From Vicugna vicugna (taxonomy: Eukaryota), in assembly GCA_013265495.1 (NCBI GenBank), contig MU063892.1, positions 7,287,308-7,351,307 of the forward strand: 64,000 nt of DNA. Direction: 5' to 3'. Shown in pieces: positions 14,204 to 27,300 of the stretch. The translations under genes and the position numbers were made by a program. The notes under the pieces were generated by a model. It had not been told where the DNA came from. It saw only the letters and a program-made list of their open reading frames with translations, and searched no databases. Position 1 is the stretch's first letter, and the number at the start of each line of letters is the position of its first letter.

Positions 14204-14274
14204 CTATCCTGGGTAGCATTGGTTGAGTTGGCCGGCCCCATCTCCTGCTGGAGAGAGCCATAAGGGTGGAGTTT
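14204..14274 (-). CDS. RGS3: RGS3 alternative terminal exon, 5' part: KLHPYGSLQQEMGPANSTNATQD...; remainder and probable stop in N gap 14072-14203
   Basis: Acceptor ttctgtctggttccacag|AAA, phase 0, in frame after ...ESK. Resembles the C-terminus I recall for a short RGS-less human RGS3 isoform (KLHPFGSLQQEMGPVNSTNATQD...). Confidence 0.8.
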
Positions 14275-17200
14275 CTGTGGAACCAGACAGAACTGGAATT
14301 AGCTCGCTGTTGACTCAGGCCAGGGCTGCCTGACTCCAGGACTGTCCCTGCTCCTTTCTAAGGTGCTCAGACAGACATGGCAACTCCAGGGCCCTGTCTC
14401 TGGCTGCCCCATTGAGATGACAAGGTAACCCACACCTTGGTGTCACACCTGGGAGAAGTCTTACAGCCAGAGCTGACCCAGGAGGCCTGTTTCCCTGCCT
14501 GGTCCCTGGAATACAGCAGGTGGCTGCCAGGAGTGACACAGAGCAGTTGTCACATGGGCTCAAAGCAACAGCATTCTGCTTCAATAAACAAGGCCACTAG
14601 GTGACTCTTTCTATGTAGACATAACTTTAATAATAATAAATCAGAGCTCTTCTTGTGCACCACTTTGCTAAACACATTGCATGAGTTTATTCCTCAGGAG
14701 AACCTTGCTAGTCCATCCACTTTACTAATGAAAAATCTGAGTCTCAGAGAGGCTTGGGTGCCTTGCCTGAAGTCACAGAGCAGTAAGAGCTTAGACCTCC
14801 CATATCACTCGCTATGTTTTTTTGGAAGATCTTTTGGCATATCTGTCTCCACCACTGGACCGCGATTTCAGATCCATCCACACATTCCCACCGCTGAGCA
14901 GGGTGCACCCTGAGGAAAGACGGAGCCAGAACATGCTATACTGCACCCCCTCTCGCCCTGACGGCTGGTTCGAAAACCTAATTTTCTCAGAGGTGTCCCA
15001 CTGTCCAGGCCAGCACTGTACATGTGATGGGGGCTCAGTGGAGGTTCACTATGTGGATAAATGTGCAGTGAAGACCCCCCCCACGACCCCTGGACCACTC
15101 TTAGGACCCATCAGGCATGGCCTGTAACACTTGGATTGCCACTCTGGTACCCTTGCCACCTCTGTCCAATTAACGGAGAATTTCATAAGGACAGGGACCA
15201 GGTCTCACTCATTTTTATGACCCTAAAGGACCTAAACTAGTATCTGGCACAGAGCAGGCATTTATTTTTATATTTGATTGAATAACCAACATAATATGTA
15301 TGTGTCTCTCCTTACTAGCTTTGAACTTGAACAGCCACAAGCAGTTATTCCAGACCTGCGAGTTATTCTAGATTAGCAGCACGGCAGCATTCCCCATGGC
15401 AGGGAGTTTAGTAGAAGTTGTCCCAGGCGAAAGGAGACAGGTAGGTTCCCTCCAGGGATAAATGATGCAGCAAGGAAGTGGGCAGAGTGCTGATGAGGAA
15501 GAAAGGGTGGTGAGAAGAAGGAAGCTGGGAGAAGAGAGGAAGCGGCCACTTATTCCACCTGCAGCAGCCTCCCACCTGCCACGGCCAGCTAAGAGTGAGC
15601 CGGAGAAAGGCGGTGGAGCCCAGAGAAGGGATGCAGCCTCCTGCTGTCCACCTTGCCCCAGCCGGGACCCCCTCACTGCAACCTACCTCAGACCCAGTAC
15701 AGAAAGCCTCTGCCTACCCCTCCCCACCACCAAGAGGGGGGCAGACCTGGTCCCTAAAGGCAGCACATTTCACAGACAATCAAATTATGCAGAAATCTTC
15801 AGGGTATATAGTTCCCTAATGGAGACTGGACGACTCCAGGTCCTCAGCTTTCAGGATAATCACCAGGCTTGAAGAGTAGGGCAGAGCCACCTGCCCAATG
15901 CACAGGTGGAACCACTGAGGCCACGGCGGGAAGTGGTTGCCAAAGGTCTCACAGCAGGTGGTGGCACGCCTGCCTCTATTGGTCTTTGAATCCATCTTCC
16001 TCCAATTCCCTCCATCCTTCCCCAGAAGGCTTTCGTGTTCAGGGCATATCACATTTATTATGTTTTGCAAATCTGGGAAGAATTTTGCATTCCTTGAGAT
16101 GCTTGAAGAATCCCACATTCCAAGGGGGATTTCAACAGCAAACACTGTTGAAAGGAACAGGGTTGAGAAGGGGCAGCATGGGAGTTTGGGGAGCTGCCAT
16201 GTAAAGCCCTCTTTCCCCATGGAGTTGGGGAGACAGGGAGGGGCTTAGGCAGCAGTTTCCATTCTGCAGCAAAAGGTGGAGCAGTCTCAGAGAGAATAAA
16301 GAAAAGGTGTTAAAAAAAAAAAAAAGGCATGCTACTCAGTCAGGACTCAGAACAGACTGATCAAGCAGAATTCTTTTGCCTGAGAAGCAAGAAGCTGGTG
16401 TCCAAGCTCTGCTTGGCTTTCCCTCTTCTCTCTGCCCCGGAGGACAGCAGGACTAGTAAAAAGGCCACTCATTGCCCAGCCTTTGGCAAGAAGGTTCATG
16501 GTCACCTCCAAGGCAGCCAGGACCTGACGTTGCTGAGCTCAGGTGGCGATGTGTGCCGGCTGGGCAGCCACCTGGGCCCAGTGGTTAAAGTTGCTGAAGC
16601 ACTCCTGGAACCACATGGGGCTGGAGAAAATCATATTTACCAGAACTTCTCTCAGGAAGCATTCTGCAAGCCACTAGAAGGCATGAGTTGCTATGAATCT
16701 TCAAGTGTGTACGGTGGGAGTAGGGCAGGGGGAAGGTTGGGCAGTGAGATCCCCAAGGGGCCTGCCTGATGGAAGGTGGTTACTCACTGCCTTCCAAGAA
16801 GGGTATGCCAAGTGGGGTGTGCGAGGCTGGGCCGGGCGCCATTCTCAGCTGACGGGGCGTCCTGAGGCCATCCCAGCAGTCAGGCCCTCCTTTTCCCTCC
16901 TCCCGCCCAGCAGAGCTTCTCCATGAAGCACATGTTTAAAGAGTCGATTTGAAGAGGCGTCCAGCTGTTGCCTGCCCAGGAAGCCCATGTATCTTGGTAT
17001 GGCCCTGAAGCCAGGCCCCAAGCCCTCAGGCCATTCCAGGTTCAGTAAGCCGACCCCCAGCCACGTGGGGACCAGCGTCTGCCTCAGAAAGCCAGCCTAC
17101 CTTCAGTCACTCAAAATGTCCCCCTCCAACAAAAGACGGAGAAACTCCCCAAGGCATTGAGAAGGTCATTGCCAATGCACTCCAGAGCCAGCAAACTCTG

Positions 17201-18672
17201 AAGTTGAGGCAGAAAGAATTCTTTTCCCCAAGCCAGGAGGAGCTAAGCCCCAAACACAAGAAAGCTAAGGGACACAAGTGTAAGCACACAACATCCCAGG
17301 GGCCACCCCAGTGAGAACAGAGTGGCCTGGTTTCTGACTGTGATCAACCCAGGATCAAGGGGGCCAGACAGCCGACAGCCTCGGCCCAGGTCTCTGACAG
17401 CAGAAGCAGCTGAGGTGGGAACCAGCTAGTGTAGCAAGAGCAGCTGGGTGGAGGTGGGGGCAGTGTACTCCTCAGCCATGGTTTATTGAGCACCTACTGA
17501 ATACCAGGCACTGTGCTATGAACTGTATGCACTGTCTCATTTAATCCACATAACAGCCCTTTGGGAGAGAAACTATTGTGACACCAAAACACAGAGTGGT
17601 ATAGTGACTTGCCCAAGGTCACCTGCCAGCCAGCAGCAGCGTGTGACTTGGAAGTCCATGCTGTTCCCGCTGCCCTCCCTCATCAGAGTTATTCTTGCCC
17701 CAGGCAAGTGTAAAACAAGATAGCTGTCGAAGCTGAGATTATATAGTTCTCAACACTTACTATTTTAGCAGCTGCTGTCCAACACTGTCCCTCCAGAAGA
17801 GGCTGCCCAGCCACCTCCTCCCCACCTCCGGCCCTCAGCAGGCCTGCTCCCATGGCCGTGTTGGGCACACAGACACACTGCGCGCAGGGCAGGCCTGAAC
17901 GCAGCAGGAAGAAGCATGAGGCCTATGAGTTTACCAGTTGCTGCTCACTTTCCTTTATCCTCTTCTCCCTGATTCCAGCCCACCAACCACCTCAGCTTCT
18001 TTTGCAACCAGACCAAATCCCCAAATGGCCAACACATTTAGCAAGAGAACAAACCTGAGTGACTCACAAACGGGGCAATACAACTGTGCCTTGTGCTGGC
18101 ATCTGGGGACAAAAGGAAAGGCTGTGGTCTAGCTCCATCCCATCCCGCTCCACAGGCACGGGACCAGCTCAGGGGCGCCTGCCCCAGAAGAGCTTCTAAT
18201 CTCCCCTGATGTCCAGCTGGCAGGCCCCAGTCCCCAGCAAACTCCACTTGGTCACAGCCTGCATCGAAACAACACAGCTTCTGCTGCAAACATCCCTTCC
18301 CAATTATGGTCTGCCCCAGGCCGGTGTTAAACACCAGTGTGCTGCCCCCGGGCACGACCTACCCAATGGCAGAAGGGGACCGCGTGCCAGGCAGCAGCAG
18401 GGAGGCCGGCCCGAATTAGACCTTGCCATCGGCAAACCAGAGAACAGAGCTGAAAATTGATGGGTCATACTCAATTTGGCTCTGTCGCTCCACCCGAGCA
18501 CCATCAAACTCGCTCAGTAGACCTGGTGACTTGCCAAGGGGGAGAGCCAAGAGCTGGTTGTCCAGATCCAAGTTCTAAGCTAGGGCTGGTCCCAAGCTCA
18601 GAGGCTTGAGGGTCCAGGCTGGCCTAGGGGAAGCCAGGCAGCCAGGGCTGCGGCCACTGGAGAAGTCCTTAC

Positions 18673-18716
18673 CTTGCTCTCCGCGGACGAAGCCGCCAGC
18701 TGTTGCTGCTTCGCGA
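18673..18716 (-). CDS. RGS3: RGS3 exon, 3' part only: ...(I)AKQQQLAASSAESK; 5' part lies in N gap 18717-18914
   Basis: Readable codons GCG AAG CAG CAA CAG CTG GCG GCT TCG TCC GCG GAG AGC AAG then donor gtaagg; matches recalled RGS3 ...NIAKQQQLAAS...SK. Confidence 0.9.
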
Positions 18717-18914
18717 NNNNNNNNNNNNNNNNNNNNNNNNNNNNNNNNNNNNNNNNNNNNNNNNNNNNNNNNNNNNNNNNNNNNNNNNNNNNNNNNNNNN
18801 NNNNNNNNNNNNNNNNNNNNNNNNNNNNNNNNNNNNNNNNNNNNNNNNNNNNNNNNNNNNNNNNNNNNNNNNNNNNNNNNNNNNNNNNNNNNNNNNNNNN
18901 NNNNNNNNNNNNNN
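18717..18914. other. N gap (198 nt) over the acceptor and 5' part of an RGS3 coding exon
   Basis: Run of N abutting in-frame coding sequence. Confidence 0.98.
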
Positions 18915-19999
18915 TGCTAAAAGCCTCAAATGCACACTAATCCCTGGTGACATCAAGGCAGCCAGAGGAGCAGGGAAGCTGTTCGGGGGCCAGCTGGAGA
19001 GCCATGTGCCCATAGGTTGGGGGAAGGGAGGGAGGCCGTGGTTCCCAACACAGTGGAGTCCTGTGGAGAGCCGCAGGCAGCACCGGTGAGGTCACCCCGG
19101 GGACAGGCAGCACAAGGCAGCAGCTGGGGGAGCACGTGGGGAACCCAGAGGGCCAAGGTCTCCGCCCCGCTGATGCTCTGTGGAGCCAGGACCCCTCCCT
19201 GGGCTCACAGGACCCCCCTCCCCCACCTCAGCACACTCATCTGATCACAAGGCCACACAGCATCTCGGTCCCTTTGGAAAGTCTTTGGCGAGCAGAGTCG
19301 TGTGGCCTTCTATAGCCCCACTACTGCCTGACACATGAGCTGGGTCTGATCAACGACAGTTCAGCTCACTTGAGCATAAGTCCCTGGCACTGCTGTCATT
19401 TAAATCTGGCTTTGCTAGTTAACCTTGTTAAGTGCTGCAGTCTTGTCTCCCCGACCAGATAGAAACTCCTTCTAGGAAAGCCTTTTTCATCTGGGCCTAG
19501 CAAAACGCTTGGCAAGTAACGGCCTCAGTAAGCTCTGGCTCCCTGGAGGGACTTCCGGGACAAGGTCAAATCCAGGCCAGCTTTGGCACAGGCACCAGGG
19601 AGCTGCCGGGACCCAGGGAGTCGGCCATGCTGGGGGTGGGGAGGGGTGGTACAGCACGCCCAGCGTTATCATCCACTCCAGGATGCTCTGAACAGGGATG
19701 GCAAGCTCTTTCTGTCTCCGCTGGAATTTGATTATAACCCCACAGGGCTGCGATGAGATGAACTCATCCAGGGAGCTAAGAGCGTGAGCTGGATGGCTTG
19801 GAACAGAGAAAAAGACAGTATTTCTACACAGTCCTTCCTTGTTTTGCAGTTGGATAGGCCTGGTTTGAATCCCAGCTTTGCCACTTCCTAGCTGTCGACC
19901 TCACGGAAGTCTGTGAAATGGGAATGACAATGACACCACCTCTCAGCGCTCCTGGGAGAGCAAACAGTAACTTAGACCTCACCAAACAACAGCTATTGT

Positions 20000-20345
20000 T
20001 GTTCTACTCAGCACTTCATTTGTTTAAGAAATGTTTATTGAGCACCTGTTTTGTGTCAGGGACTGTGCCGGGGGTCAAGAGAGAAATAAGAAAGCCTGAG
20101 TACTTGCCCTCAGGTTGGGGGCAGAGACAGGAAACCAATAAGCAAACAATGGAATTACAAATTGTGAAAAGGCCAAAAGGGAGAGGGGTCCTAGTTGAGC
20201 CTGGTAGATGGAGAAGGCCTTTCTGAAGCGGCAGCATTCAAGCAAAGTCTGAATGATGAGGAGCCAGCAAGGCAAGTGCTAGGAAGAAACTGTTCCAGGC
20301 AAAAGGAACAGCAAATGCAAAGACTCTGAGCTGGGGTGGTTATCA
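20000..20345 (-). mobile_element. L2 LINE 3' remnant
   Basis: ttcatttgtttaagaaatgtttattgagcacct...gtgtcagggactgtgc is the reverse complement of the L2 terminus. Confidence 0.6.
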
Positions 20346-20754
20346 GCATCATCTAACAGCATTTGGGGATATTTGCTACCCTGCCATCCAACCCCACCCT
20401 CAGGGACACCACCCTTCAGGGCAGGGCCACCTCCCAAGCTAAGTATTCCCAGGGTGCCAACCACTCCGCTCTGGCCCAAAAGTGTTCAGAAGCTGATCTT
20501 CCTAAAAGCATCAGAGGAGAGAAGAAAGAAAGCCCCACCTCTTGGCTGCAGGGAACTGAGTGGATGTGGTGAGGCAATCCTAGCACTTAATAACAGAGTC
20601 CCTCCACTTCCCAGAACCCCCAGCCCTCATCAGGGGAAGGACACGCCCAGCAAAGACCCCAAGATCCCCCAGGGAGAAGCCAGGTGGGACAGGAGCTTAC
20701 CAGAGGCCCTCTGCTCCCTGGCTAATGTTCCCCCTGCAAGGGGAGGGTTACTGT

Positions 20755-20809
20755 GGTCCCTTCCCACTTGAAAAGGTGGGTGGGTGGGTCCCTTCCCACT
20801 TGAAAAGGT
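20755..20809. repeat. Two exact copies of a 23-bp unit separated by gggtgggtg
   Basis: ggtcccttcccacttgaaaaggt at 20755-20777 and 20787-20809. Confidence 0.9.
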
Positions 20810-23800
20810 CATCACTCCACAAAGCTGGCCCTGGTCCAGGACTCCCAGGCCTGCCTATACCTGGCTGTTTTGGGCTTCAGCAACTCCTTTAATCTCCGTG
20901 AGCCCCAACTTCCTTCTCTCTTTCTATTCTGAAGCAGGAATTCTGCCTTAATAATAATTCCTTATATCCAATGATCAATTTTAAAAAAGACTTTCCCATC
21001 CATGATCTCAAGAAAGCATCTGAGGCTCCAAGGACCTAAACCCAGGCCTAGGTGGGGGAAGGGGGCTGGGGCTGGCTGTCTTAGATAGGCACACATTTGG
21101 GGGAGGACCTTGTTCGCAAGGCTAGTCTCTAAGTGTTGCCTGGAGTTTTGGAGGCTGGTCTGGCCAAGAGAGCGAGCATGGAGCCAGCTCCCTCCAGGGA
21201 GGTGGAATCCCATCTGCCTAAATCTGTCTAAATCGGGGGCCCCTGCTGCCTGCCTGGCTACCCTTGCATGTGAACTGTCTTTCATGGTCCACTGTGTGAT
21301 CCGACTCATCAGTTTCAACACTGATGCACACTGTGCCCTCAAATGTCCGGCTCCAGGGTCAAGGCTGTATGCTGCTCTGAAGCCAGTCCTCACGTAACTC
21401 ACTCAGAGGCTGGGCCTCCTGACTGCAGGGTGGTTAGCTAAGCACAGAGCTCTGCAGATGTGACAGCACTAGGACCAGACCTCTGCATTCAAACATGAGC
21501 ATCCCCAAATCCAACGAGAAACCCAGCTCCTCTTGGCTTCTTTAAAACCCCCACTTTGTTTCAACTTCCTCGTTCCTGAATTCATATCATCTTTATAAAG
21601 ATTAAAACTTCTTCTACTACAATTTAGATTTGTTCACTTGCTGTGACAAATGTTCTCTCATTTAATTCAATTCTCCCAATGACCCTATGACATAGGGAGG
21701 AAGGGAAAACACAGATGTTTCCATTTTTCAGATGAGAAACCTAAGGCTCAGAGAGGTCAGCAGTCCCTGGAGGTCTCAGGAGAGGAGGGATTCAGTGCCT
21801 GTCTTCTGCCTCCTACATAGGCTGAGATCTTGCCACATTTATATTACAGAATATGTACATTACAAAGAATGTGAGATGTTCCTCTTAGCTTTCATTTTAA
21901 AGGATCAATAAATCATTGTGATGTCTCTAATGGAGAGTAAATGAATATGAAAGCTCTCCCCGTTATGAAGCTGACAATAATAATAGCCACCATTTATTGA
22001 GCACTCTGTGTGGGAGGCTCTGTGCCAAGTACCTTGAACACAGTATCTTATTGAATCTCATTTAATCACTACAACCACCCTACAAGGTAGGCTTCATCAG
22101 CCTTGTTTGAGAGATGAGTAGGTGACTTGCTCAGATCACTGAGTTTGGAAATGGCAGAGCTAAGACTCAAATTGAGGTCTTCTTAACCCCAAAGCACAGA
22201 CTCTTAATGTAGCAAGGATCAGATTTTTAGTTAGGGACTGGTCCCTGACCCATGTGCCCTTTGTCCCAGTAGAGCCAGCTGTGGGCTGAACCTGTCCCAT
22301 GGATTTGTAGGGGCTAAGGGACGTCTGTCTAGGGCCAAGGACCACTCAGGACAATCCCACTCACTTAATAAGTAAGTAAGCAGGACCTGCCGCTGGGGAA
22401 CAATCAGAGCTGCTGCCACCAGGCAGTTGGGGATTTCTCAGTGCAGAGTGGAAAACCATCCCCAAGTCCTGACTCTCCTGCCCCGGTTTCTTCTCTGGAT
22501 GAACTTCCAACTAAGACATGAGTTCAGGGTTCTCCATGGGATCCAAAACCACTGTATCAAGCCTGTTTCAGGCCATAGAGCAAGCAGGCTCTTGTCTTCC
22601 CTGTTGTTACAGACATGCCTCTCCCAAAGAGCAGCCCATTAAGAGAAAAGAGAGGCTTCTGGCTGCCTGTGAGTTTCAATCCCCCAGCCCCTGGGGGTCA
22701 GATCACCTGACACTTTACTGAAATAAAAGGCCCCAGATCAATATCCCTTGATCAATCTTTGGAGGGCTAGTAGGTCATAGCTCCCTGGAAACCAATGAGC
22801 AGAAGTGCTTTTCTCTGGGAAAAAAACCACCCCAGCCTGGCGGGAGACTCTCTTGGCAGTAAAGAATCTGGAGCTTCATTTCAGGCCCCGCTGGAGAGAA
22901 CTGGAATCCAGATGAGGCTGTAGGGGCAAATGCTCTGGCTCTTCCCAGCCTGCCTCACAGCTTCTCTTAAGCAGCTCTCTCCCTTGGCTCCGTGCAACTG
23001 AACATGTGCTAATCCTGAAGTGTCTCCACCAGCTACATCCTGTGCCCGATGGGGATATGCTGACACAGGGGAAGACATCAAGGCCTTCTTGGACCTCATG
23101 TTGCCATTCTAGGTTGCCAGGGTCCCCAGCTTAGCTCCGACAATATCCACTACCATTTGGAACTTCCTGCTGTCCCTGAAGCTAACTTCTCACCAGCTCT
23201 GTCTTCTTCTCAGGGGTCTCTTCACCCTGAAGGCCTATACCTCTCATCTTGGCCAGGAACTGAAGGAATGATTTTTCAATCACAAATGACATACAAATTC
23301 CTTCTCAAAAGGGTATACTTCTCTTGGCCAGCCAGTGTAGACCAGGCCTCATCCACAAAGCGTGGCCAGTGTAGACTGTTCCACAAGATAGGCAGTTTCC
23401 CAGGACTGTCATTGAGTAAGAGGGAAGGAATGGGTCTAATAAATCCCTGCTTGGAATAGGTGGCAGACTCACAGGAGAAGAGATACAAGGTTGGGATTCA
23501 AAAATTTGCTGGTAATTGAAAAAATTCATACCGCATAGTGGCTCTCGACTTCTTCATCACCAAGGCCCTCTTTGATTAAACCCCTGGTGATGATATTTTA
23601 TCTCCCAAACCATATCAAGCAATAAGCCATATGTCCCTTTTTGCTCAGCAAAGGTACAGCACCACCCATCTGAGCTTCTGGTCAGACTGAGATAACCAGT
23701 CTGAGGATTGAAGAGTATCAATCACATTGAGTGGGGATCATTCCAGCCCAAAACACAGACATGAAATGTTTTCCCCTGCCTGCATTACCTGGCCCAGGGA

Positions 23801-24282
23801 AAGGTACCATCACCTTCAGGCCTTTGGAAATACTGACAAGGCCCTGTAGGAGGGATTGTAGGTGGTACCTCCTGGAAAGAGAGGAGGAGAGAGGTGGGCA
23901 CAGGATCAGGGCACGCTCCAGGGGAGGGACTATCAAACAGCTAGGAAGATGCCCAGCTGTCAGGCCACACCCTCACTGTGACCCTTGCAGGTGCTGGAGA
24001 CCAGGAAGTCCTGCACAGGAGCTACCACAGTGTCCTTCCATCCTCTTTAAGCACTTTCAAGTCCACTGCTCTTCTACGCAGAGGTAAGGGACACAGCGGG
24101 CAGGGACTGCTGTTCCCAGGCCACAGAGCAGGACACTGCCATTCTGGACCTGCCCGGGACCACTGCCGGAGTTGGTGTGGAATCAGTCTCAGAACCCTGG
24201 ACTAGAATCCGGCCCAACATCTTCCTTCGAGCACCAGGACACAGATCTCTCTCTTCAGATTCAGAGGGAAGGACTCACTCAC

Positions 24283-24326
24283 CTCTGCTAGATACAGCAC
24301 ACAGAACTTCAGGTCTTCTGAGGAAC
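24283..24326 (-). CDS. RGS3: RGS3 short exon (G)SSEDLKFCVLYLAE, 44 nt
   Basis: Acceptor ttttgttccctcaaag|GTT, donor GAG|gtgagt; phase 1 to 0. Absent from the ORF track; found by reading the reverse strand. Confidence 0.93.
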
Positions 24327-27300
24327 CTTTGAGGGAACAAAAAGTAAGACTTGTATTAGAATTGGCTACAGTCTCAGTAGTTCACCTGAGCACAGCCAGC
24401 TGTCTCACCCAGAGGGCTATGTGTGGTACTTCCTGTAAAAAGGGGAAGAAAGAGGCAGGCAGGGTGTAGGGAAATCTCTGGAGGAAAGCCCACTTAATAA
24501 CTAACTAGGTTGAGTTATAGCTGTAAGGCCTTTGTCTGCAGGTCAGCCTGACCCAAGGAATGCTGAGCTCTCACCCCATGAAAGGTAGCCAGGCATCAAA
24601 CAGATGCGTGCAGGGAGTATCACTGTCATCCATCCCAGGAGGCCTCTTCCCTTCCCTGCTCCCTGCCAGGAGGGACGTGGAGGCAGCACACTTTGGGGTT
24701 TTCTTTTTAACACTCCAACTGCCTTTGCCATTTTGAAATTCACGAGGAGCCACCAAGGAGTGCACAGGCAATGCTAGGGGGATTCCCAGTCATGGGCTGG
24801 GTGGAGCTCAGAGATGGCTTTGCAGCCCAGGCCCAACCCCTCGGTGTGTTTTCCTAGAGCCTTCTCACACCTGGTCTAGAATCCCAAACTCAGCCATTCA
24901 CCAAACCCTCTCACCGCGGGAGGCAGCTGGGAGGGACTGTCAGCCGCTCCGCCATCCTCCAGTAGAGGAGCTGAGGCAGGATGCCTACCCTAAGGCAGAA
25001 GATGATTAGGTCAGAGCGCTTCAGAAACATAAGAGCCGAGAGATGACCCCCAGCTATTGAGGAAGGCTTCCTGGAAGAGGATCCTTTTGAGCTTGAACTC
25101 AAGATGAGAAGTAAGGGCACTCCAGGAGGTGGGAACAGCATAGGTAAAAGCATGGAGATGGAGAAACTCAAGTTGTGCTCCAGGAATGATGGCAAGTGTG
25201 AAAAAGCTCTGCCTCTTCCTCCAGGCTGCCTTCCCTGACCACTGCAGGCTACTCCTCAGAACCTGGCCCAGGGCTGGTTAGTAACTTCCAAGCACTCAAC
25301 CTCGACCTCACCAGGCGGGCTGTCCTTTTGGAAGGAAGGAACCCTCAAAACAGCAAACACTTAAAGTGCCATAGAACTTTTGAGTACCAGAGTGCTGCGT
25401 GCCAACCATTGCACCAAATGTTCCACGTGCATAAACTCAACCCTTACATGGACCTCTGGGAGGCAAGGGTTACTGTCATTCATGATTCACATAAGAAAAC
25501 TGAGGCACAGTGGGTGAGTAACATGCCTCAGGTAGAAAGGGGAAGAACCAAGATTTACACCCAGGAAGCCTGGCCCCAGAGCCCATGCTCTGAGCCACTA
25601 CACACCAGCCCCTCGAATGCCCACCACACAGGCCCTACCCAGCCCCTTGTCTCCTCAAGGAACCAAGCCTGGTGCTGGGCTCAAAGCAGAATTCTCAACA
25701 CACTCACGAGTGAAAGAAATTGTCAAAAAAAAAAAATGTGTTGCAAAGTAAAGATGGCAAGGTAAAAACGGAGACCTTGGGTCAAGCCTATTCCTAAGGA
25801 AAGTAGTGAGTCAGGCCCACATGTGGGTGGAGGCCAGGCCCCCTCACAGCGAGTACACGGGCAGTTTCCTGGGCAAAACTATCCGTAGGGCCAGGGATGC
25901 CAGCCAGAGCCAGATAAAAATAGCTCATCAGTAAATGGGGGTTTGCTTTGGACTTAGAATAAATCTTTTTGCTTTTCCCCACCTAGAGGTGGGTTGGGAG
26001 AGGGGAGCCCTGCCTCAGAAGCCTATCATGTCTACGAAACCTTCAATTTCAAAGCTTCTGCCAGTTCCCTTGCATTGCTGAGGGTGGAGACACAGGGAGG
26101 TGGCTTCTTTTGTTTAAGAAAACACACTGGGACGTTTCCTTGACTTTTCAAAAGCAGACTTTAGTGCCAAGGGAGAAACAAAAAGATCTGTTCAAGAAAA
26201 TAACAGAAATTTGGGTTTTAGAAGCTGGCAATGAGTGAAGAGAGAAGGTTCTAGAAGGGAGGGGAAAGCCACGGAGACAGGAGCCTCAGGGAGACAGGAG
26301 GCCAAGGTTGGCAGGATGCAGCCTAGGACATATTCCCAGTGATGAGGGATGGCTGACAGATTGCCTTGCCCATGCTTCTGTGCTGTGACACCCCCACCAT
26401 CACACCCCTGCTCCACGTCATGGCCTTGTGCTGGGAGCACTTTGGGAGAAGGACGGAATGGGGGCAGTGCTCAGCATGGCTCAGAGCCTCACCAAAGGGC
26501 AACAAGCCTCAGGAGCCAAGGGTGCCAGGAGGGAGCTGAAGCTGCAGAAAGGCAGGCTGCAAGGTGGCTGACCCAGGAGAGAAACCTCCGCCCCACCAGG
26601 AACTCTTCCGCAACACTAGACTGGGCCCTGGACTTCCCAGAGTGTGGAAATGGGGGCGAGTGTAAAGGAAAAGGGACAGTGAGGCAGCACACATTTAGGC
26701 TTTCCATTCAACACTCCAACTACTTTCACCTTTTTGAAATTTAACAAGGAGTCGTTTGGTTCCTGGGGGAACCCTGTTTCCCACCAAGGAATGTGGGCCG
26801 TGGACCACGGGCTAAGCAAGGGTGAAGCCCAGAGATGGCTTCCGGGCCAGGTCTGACCCCTCTGTCATTTTCCCAGAGCCATCTCAAGCCTGGTCTGAGA
26901 TCCACAAATCAACCATTTACCAAGTCCTCTGCACCTGTGAGACATGCCAGGAGGGCTGCTGTCTCCATTTCCCAGACACAGAAACTGAGGCCCAGGGAGG
27001 GAGAACAACTTGCAGAAGGCATGCAGTGGGCAAGTGGCAGAGCTGAGATTTGAACCCAGGACTGCCTGCCTCCAAAGCCTGTATTCTGACCACCGTGTCA
27101 CACTTCTGGCCCTCTACTGGTTTACTCTGTCATTCCACCAGGCCATGCGCTCCTGAGTTTTGAATGTGTCTCTTCCTCTGCTATCACCCTGGTGGTCAGC
27201 ACTGAGGTGGGCTCTGAAAATGTGCTTAGAAAATGTCAGCCAACTAAATTTAACTCCGAGCATTCCAGCAGCTGAGTTTCCAAGGTAGGACACCTGGGCT

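Noticed and set aside
16585-16640. Possible acceptor (gattttctccag|CCC) giving PHVVPGVLQQL*
   Set aside because: A single acceptor-like motif with no supporting homology or 3'-end signal.
18304-18507. 67-aa minus-strand ORF in CpG-retaining sequence just downstream of the AESK exon
   Set aside because: No splice connection or recognisable homology; cannot be supported as coding from sequence alone.
20755-20809. CRISPR-like direct repeat
   Set aside because: Only two copies with a 9-nt spacer, in mammalian DNA.
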